Positions 9,135 to 18,875 of a DNA stretch of 64,000 nucleotides are shown one piece after another. The translations under genes were made by a program, and so were the position numbers. Origin of the DNA: a virus. Its lineage: Duplodnaviria; Caudoviricetes. The first letter of the stretch is position 1. Each line of letters starts with the position of its first letter. A model generated the notes under the pieces. It had not been told where the DNA came from and did not search any database. It saw only the letters and a program-made list of their open reading frames with translations. Location: the IMG/VR virus record IMGVR_UViG_3300010352_001202, one strand, 5' to 3'.

Positions 9135-10009
9135 AACTAAAATACATTGCGCCGCCCGATTCAGAGGGCGGCTCTGCTGTGCCCGGATGCGGAACCATCC
9201 ATATCTCCGAAGTAAAACCTACACTTACCAAATTATCTGATGATTTGGACTTTCCCTTTGACCTAAACGAATATGTACTTGGATCAACTGGTAAGAAAGA
9301 ATACTCAGGTGATATCGATCTTGTGCTCGACGATAAGTGGTGGGGCCACGGAGTAGCAGCACTAAGAGGCGATTTGGAAAACATCTTCGGTAAGCATGCT
9401 GTGGCAAGAAACGGCAGCATGGTACACTTAAGGTACCCGATTGTGGGATATAATCCCGAATTCAAAGAGCACGGTCCGCGCACAGGATATGTCCAAGTTG
9501 ATTTTAATTTGGGAGATACCGCATGGGAGAAGTTTTATCATTACAGTCCCGGAGACGATTCCGAGTATAAAGGCGCACATAGAAATCTTGCCATTGCGGC
9601 TATTTGTGCAGTAGCAGATGTTCAAAGCTCCAGGGAAGTAGATGGATATGATAGACCCGTTGAGCAGATCAGATGGAAGTTTGGACCAAACGGATTTATT
9701 CATGTGCGTCGTGAAAGTACCAAAGAAGAACACACAGGTGTATGGAAAAGAAAACAGAATGATACGGTGCTCGAAGATCCAGTTAAGGATCCTGCCCGTA
9801 TTGCTCGGATCTTATTTCCAGTCGACGGTGTTCCGGATGACCTACATAGTCTAGAAACTATCATAAATGCTGTGGAAAGAAACTACGGGATGACAGATCA
9901 GCAACGTATCTGGAAACGCATGGCCTCTAATTTTACCGACTGGAAAGACGGTAAGAACTTTCTCTATCCTACCGAAATTAGTAAATATTTGTCGTCAAGT
10001 GATAAATAA
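9131..10009 (+). CDS. Pol-beta-superfamily nucleotidyltransferase
   Basis: LGSTGKKEYSGDIDL (hGS...DxD) and third Asp in VQVDF. Confidence 0.8.
   Translation: MKLKYIAPPDSEGGSAVPGCGTIHISEVKPTLTKLSDDLDFPFDLNEYVLGSTGKKEYSGDIDLVLDDKWWGHGVAALRGDLENIFGKHAVARNGSMVHLRYPIVGYNPEFKEHGPRTGYVQVDFNLGDTAWEKFYHYSPGDDSEYKGAHRNLAIAAICAVADVQSSREVDGYDRPVEQIRWKFGPNGFIHVRRESTKEEHTGVWKRKQNDTVLEDPVKDPARIARILFPVDGVPDDLHSLETIINAVERNYGMTDQQRIWKRMASNFTDWKDGKNFLYPTEISKYLSSSDK
10001..10008 (+). promoter_or_regulatory. late promoter box GATAAATA
   Basis: Upstream of 10057 with strong SD TAAGGAG. Confidence 0.75.
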
Positions 10010-10056
10010 GTTTATGAATAGGATAAACCTATCAAAAATTTAAGGAGTTATTCAAA

Positions 10057-10641
10057 ATGACAACAAAAGTAAATGGCGCCGCTTACTCGGGCGTATGGTT
10101 TGAAAAGAAGGTTGCTTTCGTTAAGCTTACTTTCAGCAAGGATATCGCAGCTCTTGCAGCAGCTGATTTGTTTGTTCTCGGAACAGCAACACCAGCAGGC
10201 GCAGGTACTGTAGCTTCGTCGCTTTTCGGCGTAGTCGAAAGCGCAATGGTTCAAGCTCTTAAGACACTTGAAACAAAGGCAACAGTTCTTGCAATCAGCA
10301 AGTATGATGCAACAGCATTCAGCGTTGATGTTATCCTCGGCAATGCAGAAGGTTGGTTCTCGGATGCAGCTGGCTTGATCGCTTCTGGTCTTCCAGTTCT
10401 TGGCGCACAAGCAGTTGTTACAACAGCTGGTGCAGCACCAACAAATGTACTTGGCGCTCTTGTTTCTGTTGGCCCAGCCGCAGTTACATTTGACATGGAA
10501 TTTGCATACATGGATGGCACATTGCCAATCGGTACACTAGCGAACGGTGCATTGGCACTCGGCCCTGGTGCTACATCTGGTGCAACACCAACAAACAGCC
10601 CAACTGGTACAGCTGGTTACTACCCAACACCGGGAGTTTAA
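10057..10641 (+). CDS. probable virion structural/decoration protein (paralog 1)
   Basis: Ala/Gly/Thr-rich; own late box, strong SD and terminator; N-terminus KVNG. Confidence 0.65.
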   Translation: MTTKVNGAAYSGVWFEKKVAFVKLTFSKDIAALAAADLFVLGTATPAGAGTVASSLFGVVESAMVQALKTLETKATVLAISKYDATAFSVDVILGNAEGWFSDAAGLIASGLPVLGAQAVVTTAGAAPTNVLGALVSVGPAAVTFDMEFAYMDGTLPIGTLANGALALGPGATSGATPTNSPTGTAGYYPTPGV

Positions 10642-10661
10642 TCCGAATAGGATTAGCGGCA

Positions 10662-10690
10662 GAAAAGGCGCCTTCGGGCGCTTTTTTGTT
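10662..10690 (+). terminator. Rho-independent terminator
   Basis: GCGCC-TTCG-GGCGC stem followed by T-tract. Confidence 0.9.
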
Positions 10691-10710
10691 GGCTTAAATT
10701 TCTAACTCTT

Positions 10711-10718
10711 GATAAATA
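10711..10718 (+). promoter_or_regulatory. late promoter box GATAAATA
   Basis: Between the terminator and SD AGGAG of 10743. Confidence 0.75.
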
Positions 10719-10742
10719 CTACAACTTGTAGGAGATTACAAA

Positions 10743-11279
10743 ATGGTTTTTAAAGTAAATGGTGGCATCATCAATAGTCAGACACTGACTGGTAGCCTAA
10801 GATTTTTCAAAATGACAGGCCCCTTTGCTTGGACTGTTTCTGATGGTTCAGTTAACTTGCCAGTAAAGGTTCATGGTGGTCCTGGTGCTGGTACAACATC
10901 TTATTTCGTAGTTGGCGAAGATGCTCCTGTCCCTAACAGTGCGGCAGCCATTGCCCTTGCAGAAATTAGTAAGCAATGCGATATTGTCCTAATCAGTATT
11001 CAACCTGCATTGTATGGTGCAACAACACAAATTCAATTTGCGTGCTCTGCTTCGGCATTTGGATGGGGTGCAGATACACCTCCGTATGATGTTCCTCCAG
11101 CTAATGCACCGGAAGATTTAGCAGCAGCCGCACCACAGATGCAGGCAGCAGTTCAGGCATTAGGAAATCAAACAGTTTATGTTTCCGTCGGCGCACCTAG
11201 TCAGTCGGCTATTCCTGTAACAGCGGTTGCTAACCTTGGTGCAGTAACAATTGTTGAAGTTCCGTTCAAATTAGCATAA
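10743..11279 (+). CDS. probable virion structural/decoration protein (paralog 2)
   Basis: N-terminus KVNGG...QTLTGSL. Confidence 0.65.
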   Translation: MVFKVNGGIINSQTLTGSLRFFKMTGPFAWTVSDGSVNLPVKVHGGPGAGTTSYFVVGEDAPVPNSAAAIALAEISKQCDIVLISIQPALYGATTQIQFACSASAFGWGADTPPYDVPPANAPEDLAAAAPQMQAAVQALGNQTVYVSVGAPSQSAIPVTAVANLGAVTIVEVPFKLA

Positions 11280-11295
11280 TTTATGCTATTCTAAA

Positions 11296-11324
11296 AGAAG
11301 GCACCCTATGGGTGCTTTTCTTTT
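11296..11324 (+). terminator. Rho-independent terminator
   Basis: GCACCC-TAT-GGGTGC stem followed by T-tract. Confidence 0.85.
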
Positions 11325-11345
11325 GATCAAGGATAGTGTTTTCTT

Positions 11346-11353
11346 GATAAATA
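11346..11353 (+). promoter_or_regulatory. late promoter box GATAAATA (inside a 7-bp inverted repeat)
   Basis: TTTCTTG-ATAAATA-CAAGAAA. Confidence 0.7.
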
Positions 11354-11378
11354 CAAGAAATATTCAAGGAATAGCAAT

Positions 11379-12299
11379 ATGCCAGTAAGAACAACGGGCG
11401 GTGTATTTGATGAGCAGGTGCTTACAGGCTCCTTAGCTCATTATGTCATCTGCGGCGCCGATTTTAGCGGCGCAATTAATAGTTATGGGCAACCAGTTCC
11501 TTTTTCTGCTGCCGAAATTATTTTTACGAAAATATCGGAAGGTGCATACATAAACATAATGAACCCAAACGAATGTAATCTTTCTTTTGCTCTTGAAGCA
11601 GGAAGATCTGTATGGGATGAAATTAGTTTAACAGCAATGGTTCAAGCCTTAGGACCGGATGTTGGAACAGATCATGTGGATTGTTCCGTCTGTACAGTTA
11701 AGAGAGTTCCCTATGTGTGGGGATGCGGTACAGGAGCAACATCATTTCTTGATTTAACAGATACTCCCGATACATATGTAGGCGCAGCCAATTATGTTGT
11801 AACCGTAAATCCTACAGAAACAGGACTTGTTTTTAGTCCGGTAGGTATTGTTTCAAATGCATTCTCGTTTGTTGCATCTCCATTGCAACCGACATTAACT
11901 GCCGTAGGCAATGATACTCTAACTTTAATTGCTGGTTCGAATACAATTATAACAACCAATGCACTTGCTAAGAGTGTTACAATTTCGTCGACAGCAGGAA
12001 CAGATTATATTCCTGTACCACCAGGAACAGCCCTACAAATCAGTACCAAATACTTTGTAACTGCCGCAGGAACAGTAACATTGCCTCCACTTACAGGCTC
12101 TGGATATACAGCGGGAAGATCTGTTGTTGTAACTAAGGCTATCGGGTCGACAGTTTTTATTAATGTCGGAAATATAGCAGATATTATTTCTACAGACTTA
12201 GGTAATACAAATTCAATCGAATTTGACGCCACACAAGAATGTATATTTGTAAACAATGCTGCCGGTGCCTGGGAACTCCAGATTGGTTCTGTTAACTAA
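11379..12299 (+). CDS. probable virion protein (paralog 3) with fibre-like C-terminal extension
   Basis: N-terminus RTTGG...QVLTGSL; SFLDLTDTP..Y.G repeat-like motif; DTLTLIAGSN; TVTLP...G...W beta domain. Confidence 0.65.
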   Translation: MPVRTTGGVFDEQVLTGSLAHYVICGADFSGAINSYGQPVPFSAAEIIFTKISEGAYINIMNPNECNLSFALEAGRSVWDEISLTAMVQALGPDVGTDHVDCSVCTVKRVPYVWGCGTGATSFLDLTDTPDTYVGAANYVVTVNPTETGLVFSPVGIVSNAFSFVASPLQPTLTAVGNDTLTLIAGSNTIITTNALAKSVTISSTAGTDYIPVPPGTALQISTKYFVTAAGTVTLPPLTGSGYTAGRSVVVTKAIGSTVFINVGNIADIISTDLGNTNSIEFDATQECIFVNNAAGAWELQIGSVN

Positions 12300-12335
12300 T
12301 AAAACCCTGGTAAATAGCTAAGATAAGGATAAGAA

Positions 12336-12836
12336 ATGCCAAGACAAATACACGGTGCAGCAACATCGATGCAGAATTTAACAGCAGACTTGCAATATTA
12401 TGTCTGCTATGCATCTTCGCCTGGTGCATTTACAAATCCTAATCCCAATCCTCCTCCGTCAGAAGAATTAGCAAGACTGGTTAATATTCAAGTTACAGGT
12501 AGTCCGCTAGATCAAAGCCAAAAGAATTTCGAAGTATTCCTAATGAGCATAGGATTAAGAGCAATGCCTGTTGTCCTAACTGATCCTGCTCCTGTATTAG
12601 AATTAGCAGATTACACATTAGAGCTTTCAGGTGAGGGCTTTATATGGAAATTTGCAGTAGAAAGAGGTGTTCAGTTTTATAACTTTACACCATATGGAAC
12701 ACCCGGCCCTGTTGGGCTTCTGATAGATGACCTCAATGGTGTTGTTATCCCGAGTGGTGTTAGAATTACAACAGTGACAGGTAGCCCGACGGGCTGGAAC
12801 CAGAATGTTGCCTTCTCGAGGATGGATTCGTTATGA
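12336..12836 (+). CDS. probable virion protein (paralog 4)
   Basis: N-terminus QIHGAA...QNLTADL; box GGTAAATA at 12309-12316. Confidence 0.6.
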   Translation: MPRQIHGAATSMQNLTADLQYYVCYASSPGAFTNPNPNPPPSEELARLVNIQVTGSPLDQSQKNFEVFLMSIGLRAMPVVLTDPAPVLELADYTLELSGEGFIWKFAVERGVQFYNFTPYGTPGPVGLLIDDLNGVVIPSGVRITTVTGSPTGWNQNVAFSRMDSL

Positions 12837-13615
12837 AAGAAGATAGAGTTATTAGATCGCTTATGTACGGCGATGTCGTAAAAAGAATTGCAGAAGAACG
12901 AAATATTGGGCTAACAGAGGCGCGAATGCTTCTATCCCAGATGTCTTTTACAGAATATCACAAGCAGGTAGTAGAAGCCAGTGCTGACATTACACCACCG
13001 TCTGGGAACACAATCGGACCTAATTCGGGTGGCAGCACACAAATGCAGAAAGCCAATGGGCCCACCAAAGTAAAATCTATTTGGCCCGGGCAAGGTGCTC
13101 CAGTCGAAGTAGGAATGACAGTAGGTATTAAAGATCAGAACGGGCTACCTGTTCCTGGACAAATTTCACAGGTCGATGCAGGATCTAAAGGCGTTAAGGT
13201 TAAGAATCCGTCGACAGGACAAGACGAATGGCGCAATACCGACGAATTAGAACCATTTATGGCGCAAGGCCAAGATCAGCAACAAACCATTCAACCTGGC
13301 ACACAGCCGCGTCAGCAAGGGCAGCAAGGCGCCGACCTAACACGCCTACAAGAATTAGCCGGAATTAGGGAGAATTGCAGTGCTGGTGCAACAGGATCCG
13401 GTGGAATTGCTGTCGCAGCAATGCCTATGGGCAAAATGAAGCGCAGGCAAGAAACAGACGAACAAGCTCCGCCAGTTGAATATACTCCAAAAGAGCCAGC
13501 AAAGACTATTGTCGGAGATACAAAACCAGCGCAGGCGTCGGGAAAGCTATCAGCAGATTTGGCAGCCCGCGGAAAGAAAACAGCAGCAAGGACAAATAAC
13601 GGATTTAAGAGATGA
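12833..13615 (+). CDS. hypothetical late protein with possible SH3-like domain
   Basis: VEVGMTVGI...GQISQV...VKVK...W pattern; LQELAGI motif. Confidence 0.6.
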   Translation: MKEDRVIRSLMYGDVVKRIAEERNIGLTEARMLLSQMSFTEYHKQVVEASADITPPSGNTIGPNSGGSTQMQKANGPTKVKSIWPGQGAPVEVGMTVGIKDQNGLPVPGQISQVDAGSKGVKVKNPSTGQDEWRNTDELEPFMAQGQDQQQTIQPGTQPRQQGQQGADLTRLQELAGIRENCSAGATGSGGIAVAAMPMGKMKRRQETDEQAPPVEYTPKEPAKTIVGDTKPAQASGKLSADLAARGKKTAARTNNGFKR

Positions 13616-14061
13616 GTAGAACATCCTTATTAGACAAATTAGATAGAGTAACAGATAAGGCAGCAACTGTTGCCATTTCTCGTGGCTATCCTATTCCTAT
13701 GTCTAGTAAGTCTACTATGGTAGGTGGGGTGTTTGTTACAAAGAACGATATGGGTTTATATGATATTGTTTCAATCGATAAGCATGTATTGTACGAAAAT
13801 ATATCTGTGTTTGATGTAGCAGTTATTATTGCACAAAGGTATAATGCTGGTGAGACTAGCATTATAAAACAAGTGCTGGCATTAGAAGAAAGATTTTCAA
13901 AATACCATACAGATATGATTCACTACTTACATTGTCTTAAGGGTGCGAAAAAGCGCCACGATATTGAGCGTATGGCAATCTTAGAAGATAAATTTCAAGT
14001 ATCTGAGACACTGGCCAAGAATGCACGGGATCGCATCTCCATTTTCAAGAGAGTGAAATAG
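13612..14061 (+). CDS. hypothetical protein
   Basis: 149-aa coupled ORF. Confidence 0.7.
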   Translation: MSRTSLLDKLDRVTDKAATVAISRGYPIPMSSKSTMVGGVFVTKNDMGLYDIVSIDKHVLYENISVFDVAVIIAQRYNAGETSIIKQVLALEERFSKYHTDMIHYLHCLKGAKKRHDIERMAILEDKFQVSETLAKNARDRISIFKRVK

Positions 14062-14110
14062 CCTGTATAATGATAAATACTAGAAATAAAACTTAATAGG
14101 AACGGTTTAT

Positions 14111-15529
14111 ATGCTTTTAAACGATATTGGTAAATCACCTGATGCCACTTTCAGGAGGATAAATCAGCACCTTGAAACTAATTATGGCTTTAAGATCTCC
14201 GAAAGTGTTAGCGACCAAGACTTGGTTACTATCATGGAACAAATCGAAGAAGAGATTACCGACCTAAAGATCAATGGAGACGATGCTAAAGCTTCTCCAG
14301 AAATTTCTAAGAGACTGCTTGTTTTAGAGGGAATTAGAAATCTAAGAGAATATGCAATTATGCAATTTCAATCACCCGAGCTTGAAAAAGTTGTCGGCGA
14401 TATGGTTGATTTCGTAGTTAATGATTTTAAGATTTGTGGAACCCATCACGGCGCATTTGAAGAATCTGTTAGAGATGCTATGAAGCAATACCGTTCAAGC
14501 AAATATCGCTTTCCAGATGATATTATTGAGCAACGTGTCAGACAAGGTGCGATGACAAGATTGCAGACAAAAGCTTCCCAAAGTGAAGAAGTAGGCAATC
14601 CATTAATGGCTCCTCCGATGTTTGAAGATACAGACGAAGATGTAATGCAGGATGACGATCAAATGAAAGAAACAGATTTAGAAGAAGCCGGGGGCGGCCG
14701 TGGCGATGAAGTCGACTGGGCTGGTCAAGGTTCTCATGTTCGTAGTTCTAACAGAGAATTACCTAGACAGCTAAGTACACGTGGTGCAAGTCGTGCTGCG
14801 GGCGGCGATTATGATTTCGCTATGCAGAATGATCCGAACCAAACTGATGCCGATGGTAATCCTGTAAAAATGGTTAGAGATAAGCACGGTCGCATGGTAC
14901 CAGATCCATGGGCAGCACAACAAGCAGCAAGAAAAAAAGGAATTGTAATGAAAGAGCATGCAAATTTAGTGAAGAATCTTCGCCGCCTTCTAGAAACAGA
15001 AGTCAGTCAGGCTGAAGTTATGATGGCAGCCAAGGGCTTTGCTCAAGAGTTGCAAGAAATGGTTGAAAAGATTGGTCGTTTACAAAACGAAGATCTTCCT
15101 CCTGTAACAGATCAGATGCGCGAAACATATGGTATGGAATCTGCTTCGGCATTCCAGACACAAATTTACGGCGCTCTCCAGAGCGTTATGGATGCACTAT
15201 ACACAGCTAAGGGTCAAGTCGACGACGCAGTCGGTAACATGGCTTCTACTGGTCAGTTCGATGCATCAGTTGACATGGAAAAAGATCCAGCAATGGGCGG
15301 TATGGATGGTATGGATGACACAATGGCTATGGATGCAGATGCAGGCATTGATGCCGATCTTGATAACATTGCCGGTGACATGGATGCAGAAGATGAATTT
15401 GGCAGCGCCGAAGAGGAAGAACCACTAGGTCGTTCCATGAAGACAGAGTCCTTACAGCGTAAGGTTATGGAAATGCAGAAGCTTGTTGCTAAGGCAAGAA
15501 AGCTTAAAGAAGCTAAGAAGCGTGCATGA
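14111..15529 (+). CDS. acidic coiled-coil late protein, possible prohead core/scaffold-like
   Basis: Late box GATAAATA at 14072-14079; Asp/Met-rich tracts and long helices. Confidence 0.55.
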   Translation: MLLNDIGKSPDATFRRINQHLETNYGFKISESVSDQDLVTIMEQIEEEITDLKINGDDAKASPEISKRLLVLEGIRNLREYAIMQFQSPELEKVVGDMVDFVVNDFKICGTHHGAFEESVRDAMKQYRSSKYRFPDDIIEQRVRQGAMTRLQTKASQSEEVGNPLMAPPMFEDTDEDVMQDDDQMKETDLEEAGGGRGDEVDWAGQGSHVRSSNRELPRQLSTRGASRAAGGDYDFAMQNDPNQTDADGNPVKMVRDKHGRMVPDPWAAQQAARKKGIVMKEHANLVKNLRRLLETEVSQAEVMMAAKGFAQELQEMVEKIGRLQNEDLPPVTDQMRETYGMESASAFQTQIYGALQSVMDALYTAKGQVDDAVGNMASTGQFDASVDMEKDPAMGGMDGMDDTMAMDADAGIDADLDNIAGDMDAEDEFGSAEEEEPLGRSMKTESLQRKVMEMQKLVAKARKLKEAKKRA

Positions 15530-15843
15530 GAGCCAGAGAAATCCTTCAGGAAGACTACAACGCTAACCTACAAGCAGATCTAAATAATTTACTTGTAGGT
15601 GCTAAGGGTAGTGGTGCCACCCAAATCAAAACCGAAGATCTGGTAAACCAGATGTACGGTATGGGTTATTCCGTTGATGCAAATAGTATCATGGCATTGC
15701 TAAGTCAGAACCCTCTTGTAGCTCAGGCAACTCCTATGATGATTAACTTATCTCCGCCGGAGGGCTCTGAAGCTGTCGGTTCGGGGCAAGATAGTGCAGC
15801 ACAGGTAAGTGATATGGCCCAGAGTGCCACAAAGATAGGATAA
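15526..15843 (+). CDS. hypothetical protein with capsid-targeting-like N-terminus
   Basis: MRAREILQE. Confidence 0.65.
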   Translation: MRAREILQEDYNANLQADLNNLLVGAKGSGATQIKTEDLVNQMYGMGYSVDANSIMALLSQNPLVAQATPMMINLSPPEGSEAVGSGQDSAAQVSDMAQSATKIG

Positions 15844-15849
15844 TAAGAA

Positions 15850-17022
15850 ATGTCAGATTGCTGCACACCGGGTACGGGTTTTCCAACTGCTCCACAGATG
15901 GAGCAAATTGCAACTAATCTTCCTGTAGTATGGGAAGAAATTTGCATGATTCAGCAAGCCATATTGGCTGCTTCGAGTCTATGTTCGCCTTCCGGTGGCC
16001 AGATGTGTACAACTGTTGGTGGCAACACACCGATGACATTTGTTTCTGGTTTAAGTTCAGTAACTGTAGTAAATGGTGGATCTGGCTATTTCAATGATCT
16101 CCCTGCGGTCAATTTCGTACCTCCTGTAGGATCATCACCCAGCGTTTTAGCTACAGCCAATGTGGTAACAAATGGTAGTAATATCCTAAGCATTACAATG
16201 ACAAATCCGGGTGCAGGATATCAGCCTGTCCCTGCAACAATGGCAGTAAGTTCATTAGCCGGGGTTGGTGCAGTTCTCGAGCCGTTAGTAAACGGCGCTG
16301 GCGAAATTGTTGCAATCAACATTGTTAACGGTGGATCGGGATATACAGCATTAGATACTGTCACAGCCACAAGAGCAGTATTACCTAACATCGCGTATGT
16401 TGATGCAATTTTTAAGATTACAACATTAAGTCTTACAGGTGAAATTATTGCTATTGCAATTTTAGAGCCAGGTTCGGGATATCAGAACAGTGTTACCGAA
16501 GCACAGATTGTTTCTACATTAAATCCTTTAGTAGCATATCCACTAGGTTCTGGATTCACGGGTACTGTGCTAACAGATCCACTAGGCGCAATTACACAAG
16601 TCCTTGTTGATAACATAGGCGCAGGATACGCTACTTTTCCACCTTATTTGGTGATTACTGACCCAGGAACAGGTGCAACAACATCTGTGACACTTAGCGG
16701 AACATCGGTTGCGTCAATTGCAGTAACTTCACCGGGAACTCAATACACACCTGCAGCAACAGGTATTGTTATGAATCCTTCTACAGCGGCATTGCCTAAT
16801 CCACCCGTAACATCGGCTGTTGTTACTTTGAATGTGAACACAAATACATTCGGAACCACCCCTGGATTATATTGGCAAGTTTGGGCAGGTACTGTTACAA
16901 ACAAACCAATTCAGATGCAAATGAATCAAGTATTGTCGTACTTTAAAGGTCTCGGCTATACGATTCAAATTCAATCAAACCCTGCAACAGGGTCTACTAT
17001 ACAATGGAAGATTTGCTGGTAA
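15850..17022 (+). CDS. virion structural protein with (N/E)xG(S/A)GY beta-repeats
   Basis: Repeats NGGSGY, NPGAGY, NGGSGY, EPGSGY, NIGAGY, SPGTQY. Confidence 0.65.
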   Translation: MSDCCTPGTGFPTAPQMEQIATNLPVVWEEICMIQQAILAASSLCSPSGGQMCTTVGGNTPMTFVSGLSSVTVVNGGSGYFNDLPAVNFVPPVGSSPSVLATANVVTNGSNILSITMTNPGAGYQPVPATMAVSSLAGVGAVLEPLVNGAGEIVAINIVNGGSGYTALDTVTATRAVLPNIAYVDAIFKITTLSLTGEIIAIAILEPGSGYQNSVTEAQIVSTLNPLVAYPLGSGFTGTVLTDPLGAITQVLVDNIGAGYATFPPYLVITDPGTGATTSVTLSGTSVASIAVTSPGTQYTPAATGIVMNPSTAALPNPPVTSAVVTLNVNTNTFGTTPGLYWQVWAGTVTNKPIQMQMNQVLSYFKGLGYTIQIQSNPATGSTIQWKICW

Positions 17023-17026
17023 AGTT

Positions 17027-17055
17027 TTGACTTGTGATACTCTTTATGTTACACT
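17027..17055 (+). promoter_or_regulatory. sigma70-type promoter TTGACT-17-TACACT
   Basis: Extended TG -10; ATG 17062 follows 6 nt after the -10 box. Confidence 0.75.
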
Positions 17056-17061
17056 TTGTCA

Positions 17062-17727
17062 ATGATTATACAACAGAAATTTAACTATCAGCCACTGCAA
17101 AGAATCGATACCGAAAACGGTCGTCGTTATATTGTCGATGGCGGTAGGCCGCTTCCAAGCGTAACAACAATTCTCTCTAAAACAAAAGATATGACTCACC
17201 TGCAAGAGTGGGTTGATCGCGTTGGCGAAGCTGAAGCAGAGAGAATAAAACACGAAGCAAGCGATCTAGGTAGCGGGATGCACCAAAATCTCGAGAACTA
17301 TATTCTTGGGAAAGACATGGCTGGCACCTTTATGGCCAAAGCACTCGCAAAGGTAATCATTAAGCAAGGCCTTTCCAAGGTAAGCGAAGTATGGGGCACA
17401 GAGGTTGCCTTATATACAAAAGATCTATACGCAGGTACTACTGACCTTATAGGGATTCATGATGGTATTCCGTCTATAATGGACTTTAAAAACAGTTTGC
17501 GACCCAAAGAGCGAGACTGGATCGAAGATTATTTTATGCAATTGGCGGCGTATGCACTATCTCATAATGAAATGTACGGTACAAGTATAAATCGAGGTGT
17601 TGTAATGATTGCTACTAGAGATGCTAAATATCAAGAGTTTGTAATCGAAGGTGCTGAATTTAAACATTACGAGACCATGTGGGCCAACAAAGTGTGCGCC
17701 TATTACGATCAGTACGGTATGGCATAA
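17062..17727 (+). CDS. PD-(D/E)XK exonuclease
   Basis: LPSVTTIL, G..MH..LE, E..LY...YAGTTD, IMDFK, QLAAYA. Confidence 0.85.
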   Translation: MIIQQKFNYQPLQRIDTENGRRYIVDGGRPLPSVTTILSKTKDMTHLQEWVDRVGEAEAERIKHEASDLGSGMHQNLENYILGKDMAGTFMAKALAKVIIKQGLSKVSEVWGTEVALYTKDLYAGTTDLIGIHDGIPSIMDFKNSLRPKERDWIEDYFMQLAAYALSHNEMYGTSINRGVVMIATRDAKYQEFVIEGAEFKHYETMWANKVCAYYDQYGMA

Positions 17728-17755
17728 ATAAAGCACACATCAGAAGGATAAGGTA

Positions 17756-18376
17756 ATGGCATCACCGGTAATTGTTTCAAGAATTCAGAATAGAAGAGGC
17801 ACACAGTCTCAGTTCGACTCGTTATATCCGTTTGGATATACCGGTATCGGTGGCGTAGATATAAATGTTTGGCCAAACATTTTATTACCTGGAGAAATGG
17901 CATTATGTGTGGATTCCCGCAGAGTGTTTATAGGTAATATAAATGGCGAATATGTCGAAATTCAAACAACATTAGATGGTATTCCTCCGCTAACTATAAT
18001 CTTACCACCTGCGGCAGTTTTTACTGTTATACCAGCATTAACATATGTTGCTACTCCATTCTTCAACATTGTGTACGATATTACAGACTCCATTAGCCCT
18101 GATTGGAATTCGGTAGGTGTTAATTTTTCCCGAAACGGAGAATTGCAAATTACTGCTGTAGATCCATTAACACCTATGCCGCCACCGGTATTTCCGTTCC
18201 CACCAATGACGCCCGTAACATTGACTGATACAGGCACTGAAATAAACACTTTGCTTCCGAAAGAAATAAGTTTTATGGCACAATATAATGGTTCTAATAT
18301 TGAAATTTTATACATGCACGATTTTGTCGACCCGCTGACATTAAACACAACATCAATCCACTGGCTGCCATTCTAA
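17756..18376 (+). CDS. tail/fibre-associated structural protein
   Basis: RIQNRRGT...LLPGEMALCVDSRRVFIG N-terminal fibre attachment-type motif; late box CATAAATA at 17723-17730. Confidence 0.6.
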   Translation: MASPVIVSRIQNRRGTQSQFDSLYPFGYTGIGGVDINVWPNILLPGEMALCVDSRRVFIGNINGEYVEIQTTLDGIPPLTIILPPAAVFTVIPALTYVATPFFNIVYDITDSISPDWNSVGVNFSRNGELQITAVDPLTPMPPPVFPFPPMTPVTLTDTGTEINTLLPKEISFMAQYNGSNIEILYMHDFVDPLTLNTTSIHWLPF

Positions 18377-18385
18377 GCAAATAAT

Positions 18386-18823
18386 ATGATTTGGAATTCT
18401 ATTCCTAACGAGGAGCGCCTTCGCCTCTGGAAAAAATTAAGAGAAGAACTTATTACTCTTAACCCCGAAGCACAATTAATGGAAGTTGCTAAATTTTGTG
18501 CGGCAATGCCCATTGGATCACGATCACTGGACTATTATTCTCCTGCTGATTGGCCAACACCGTGGGAAATTCTATTTCACGGATCTTTCTGTACAAGCTC
18601 TATAAGTTTGCTAATTTTCTATACACTGACAATGATACCTACTCCTAGGTATATTGAATTGCACCTAGTAGAAGATGAAGACGGTATTTATCTTATGCCG
18701 GTAGTTGATAATATATTTGTTTTAAACTACCAGCTAGGCTCGGTAAATAACTATCCTGAAATAAGCGATAACTTTAGATTGATACAGAAATACACAAAAG
18801 AACAAGTCAAAACAATCAACTAA
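18386..18823 (+). CDS. hypothetical protein
   Basis: 145-aa ORF. Confidence 0.7.
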   Translation: MIWNSIPNEERLRLWKKLREELITLNPEAQLMEVAKFCAAMPIGSRSLDYYSPADWPTPWEILFHGSFCTSSISLLIFYTLTMIPTPRYIELHLVEDEDGIYLMPVVDNIFVLNYQLGSVNNYPEISDNFRLIQKYTKEQVKTIN

Positions 18824-18875
18824 CAATAAATCAATCCGGGCATTAGTCCCGGTGTATACAAACATTGGAGATAAA

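Noticed and set aside
17062-17727. Cas4 call for the PD-(D/E)XK nuclease
   Set aside because: Lacks the Cys cluster for the Fe-S site and has no cas context.
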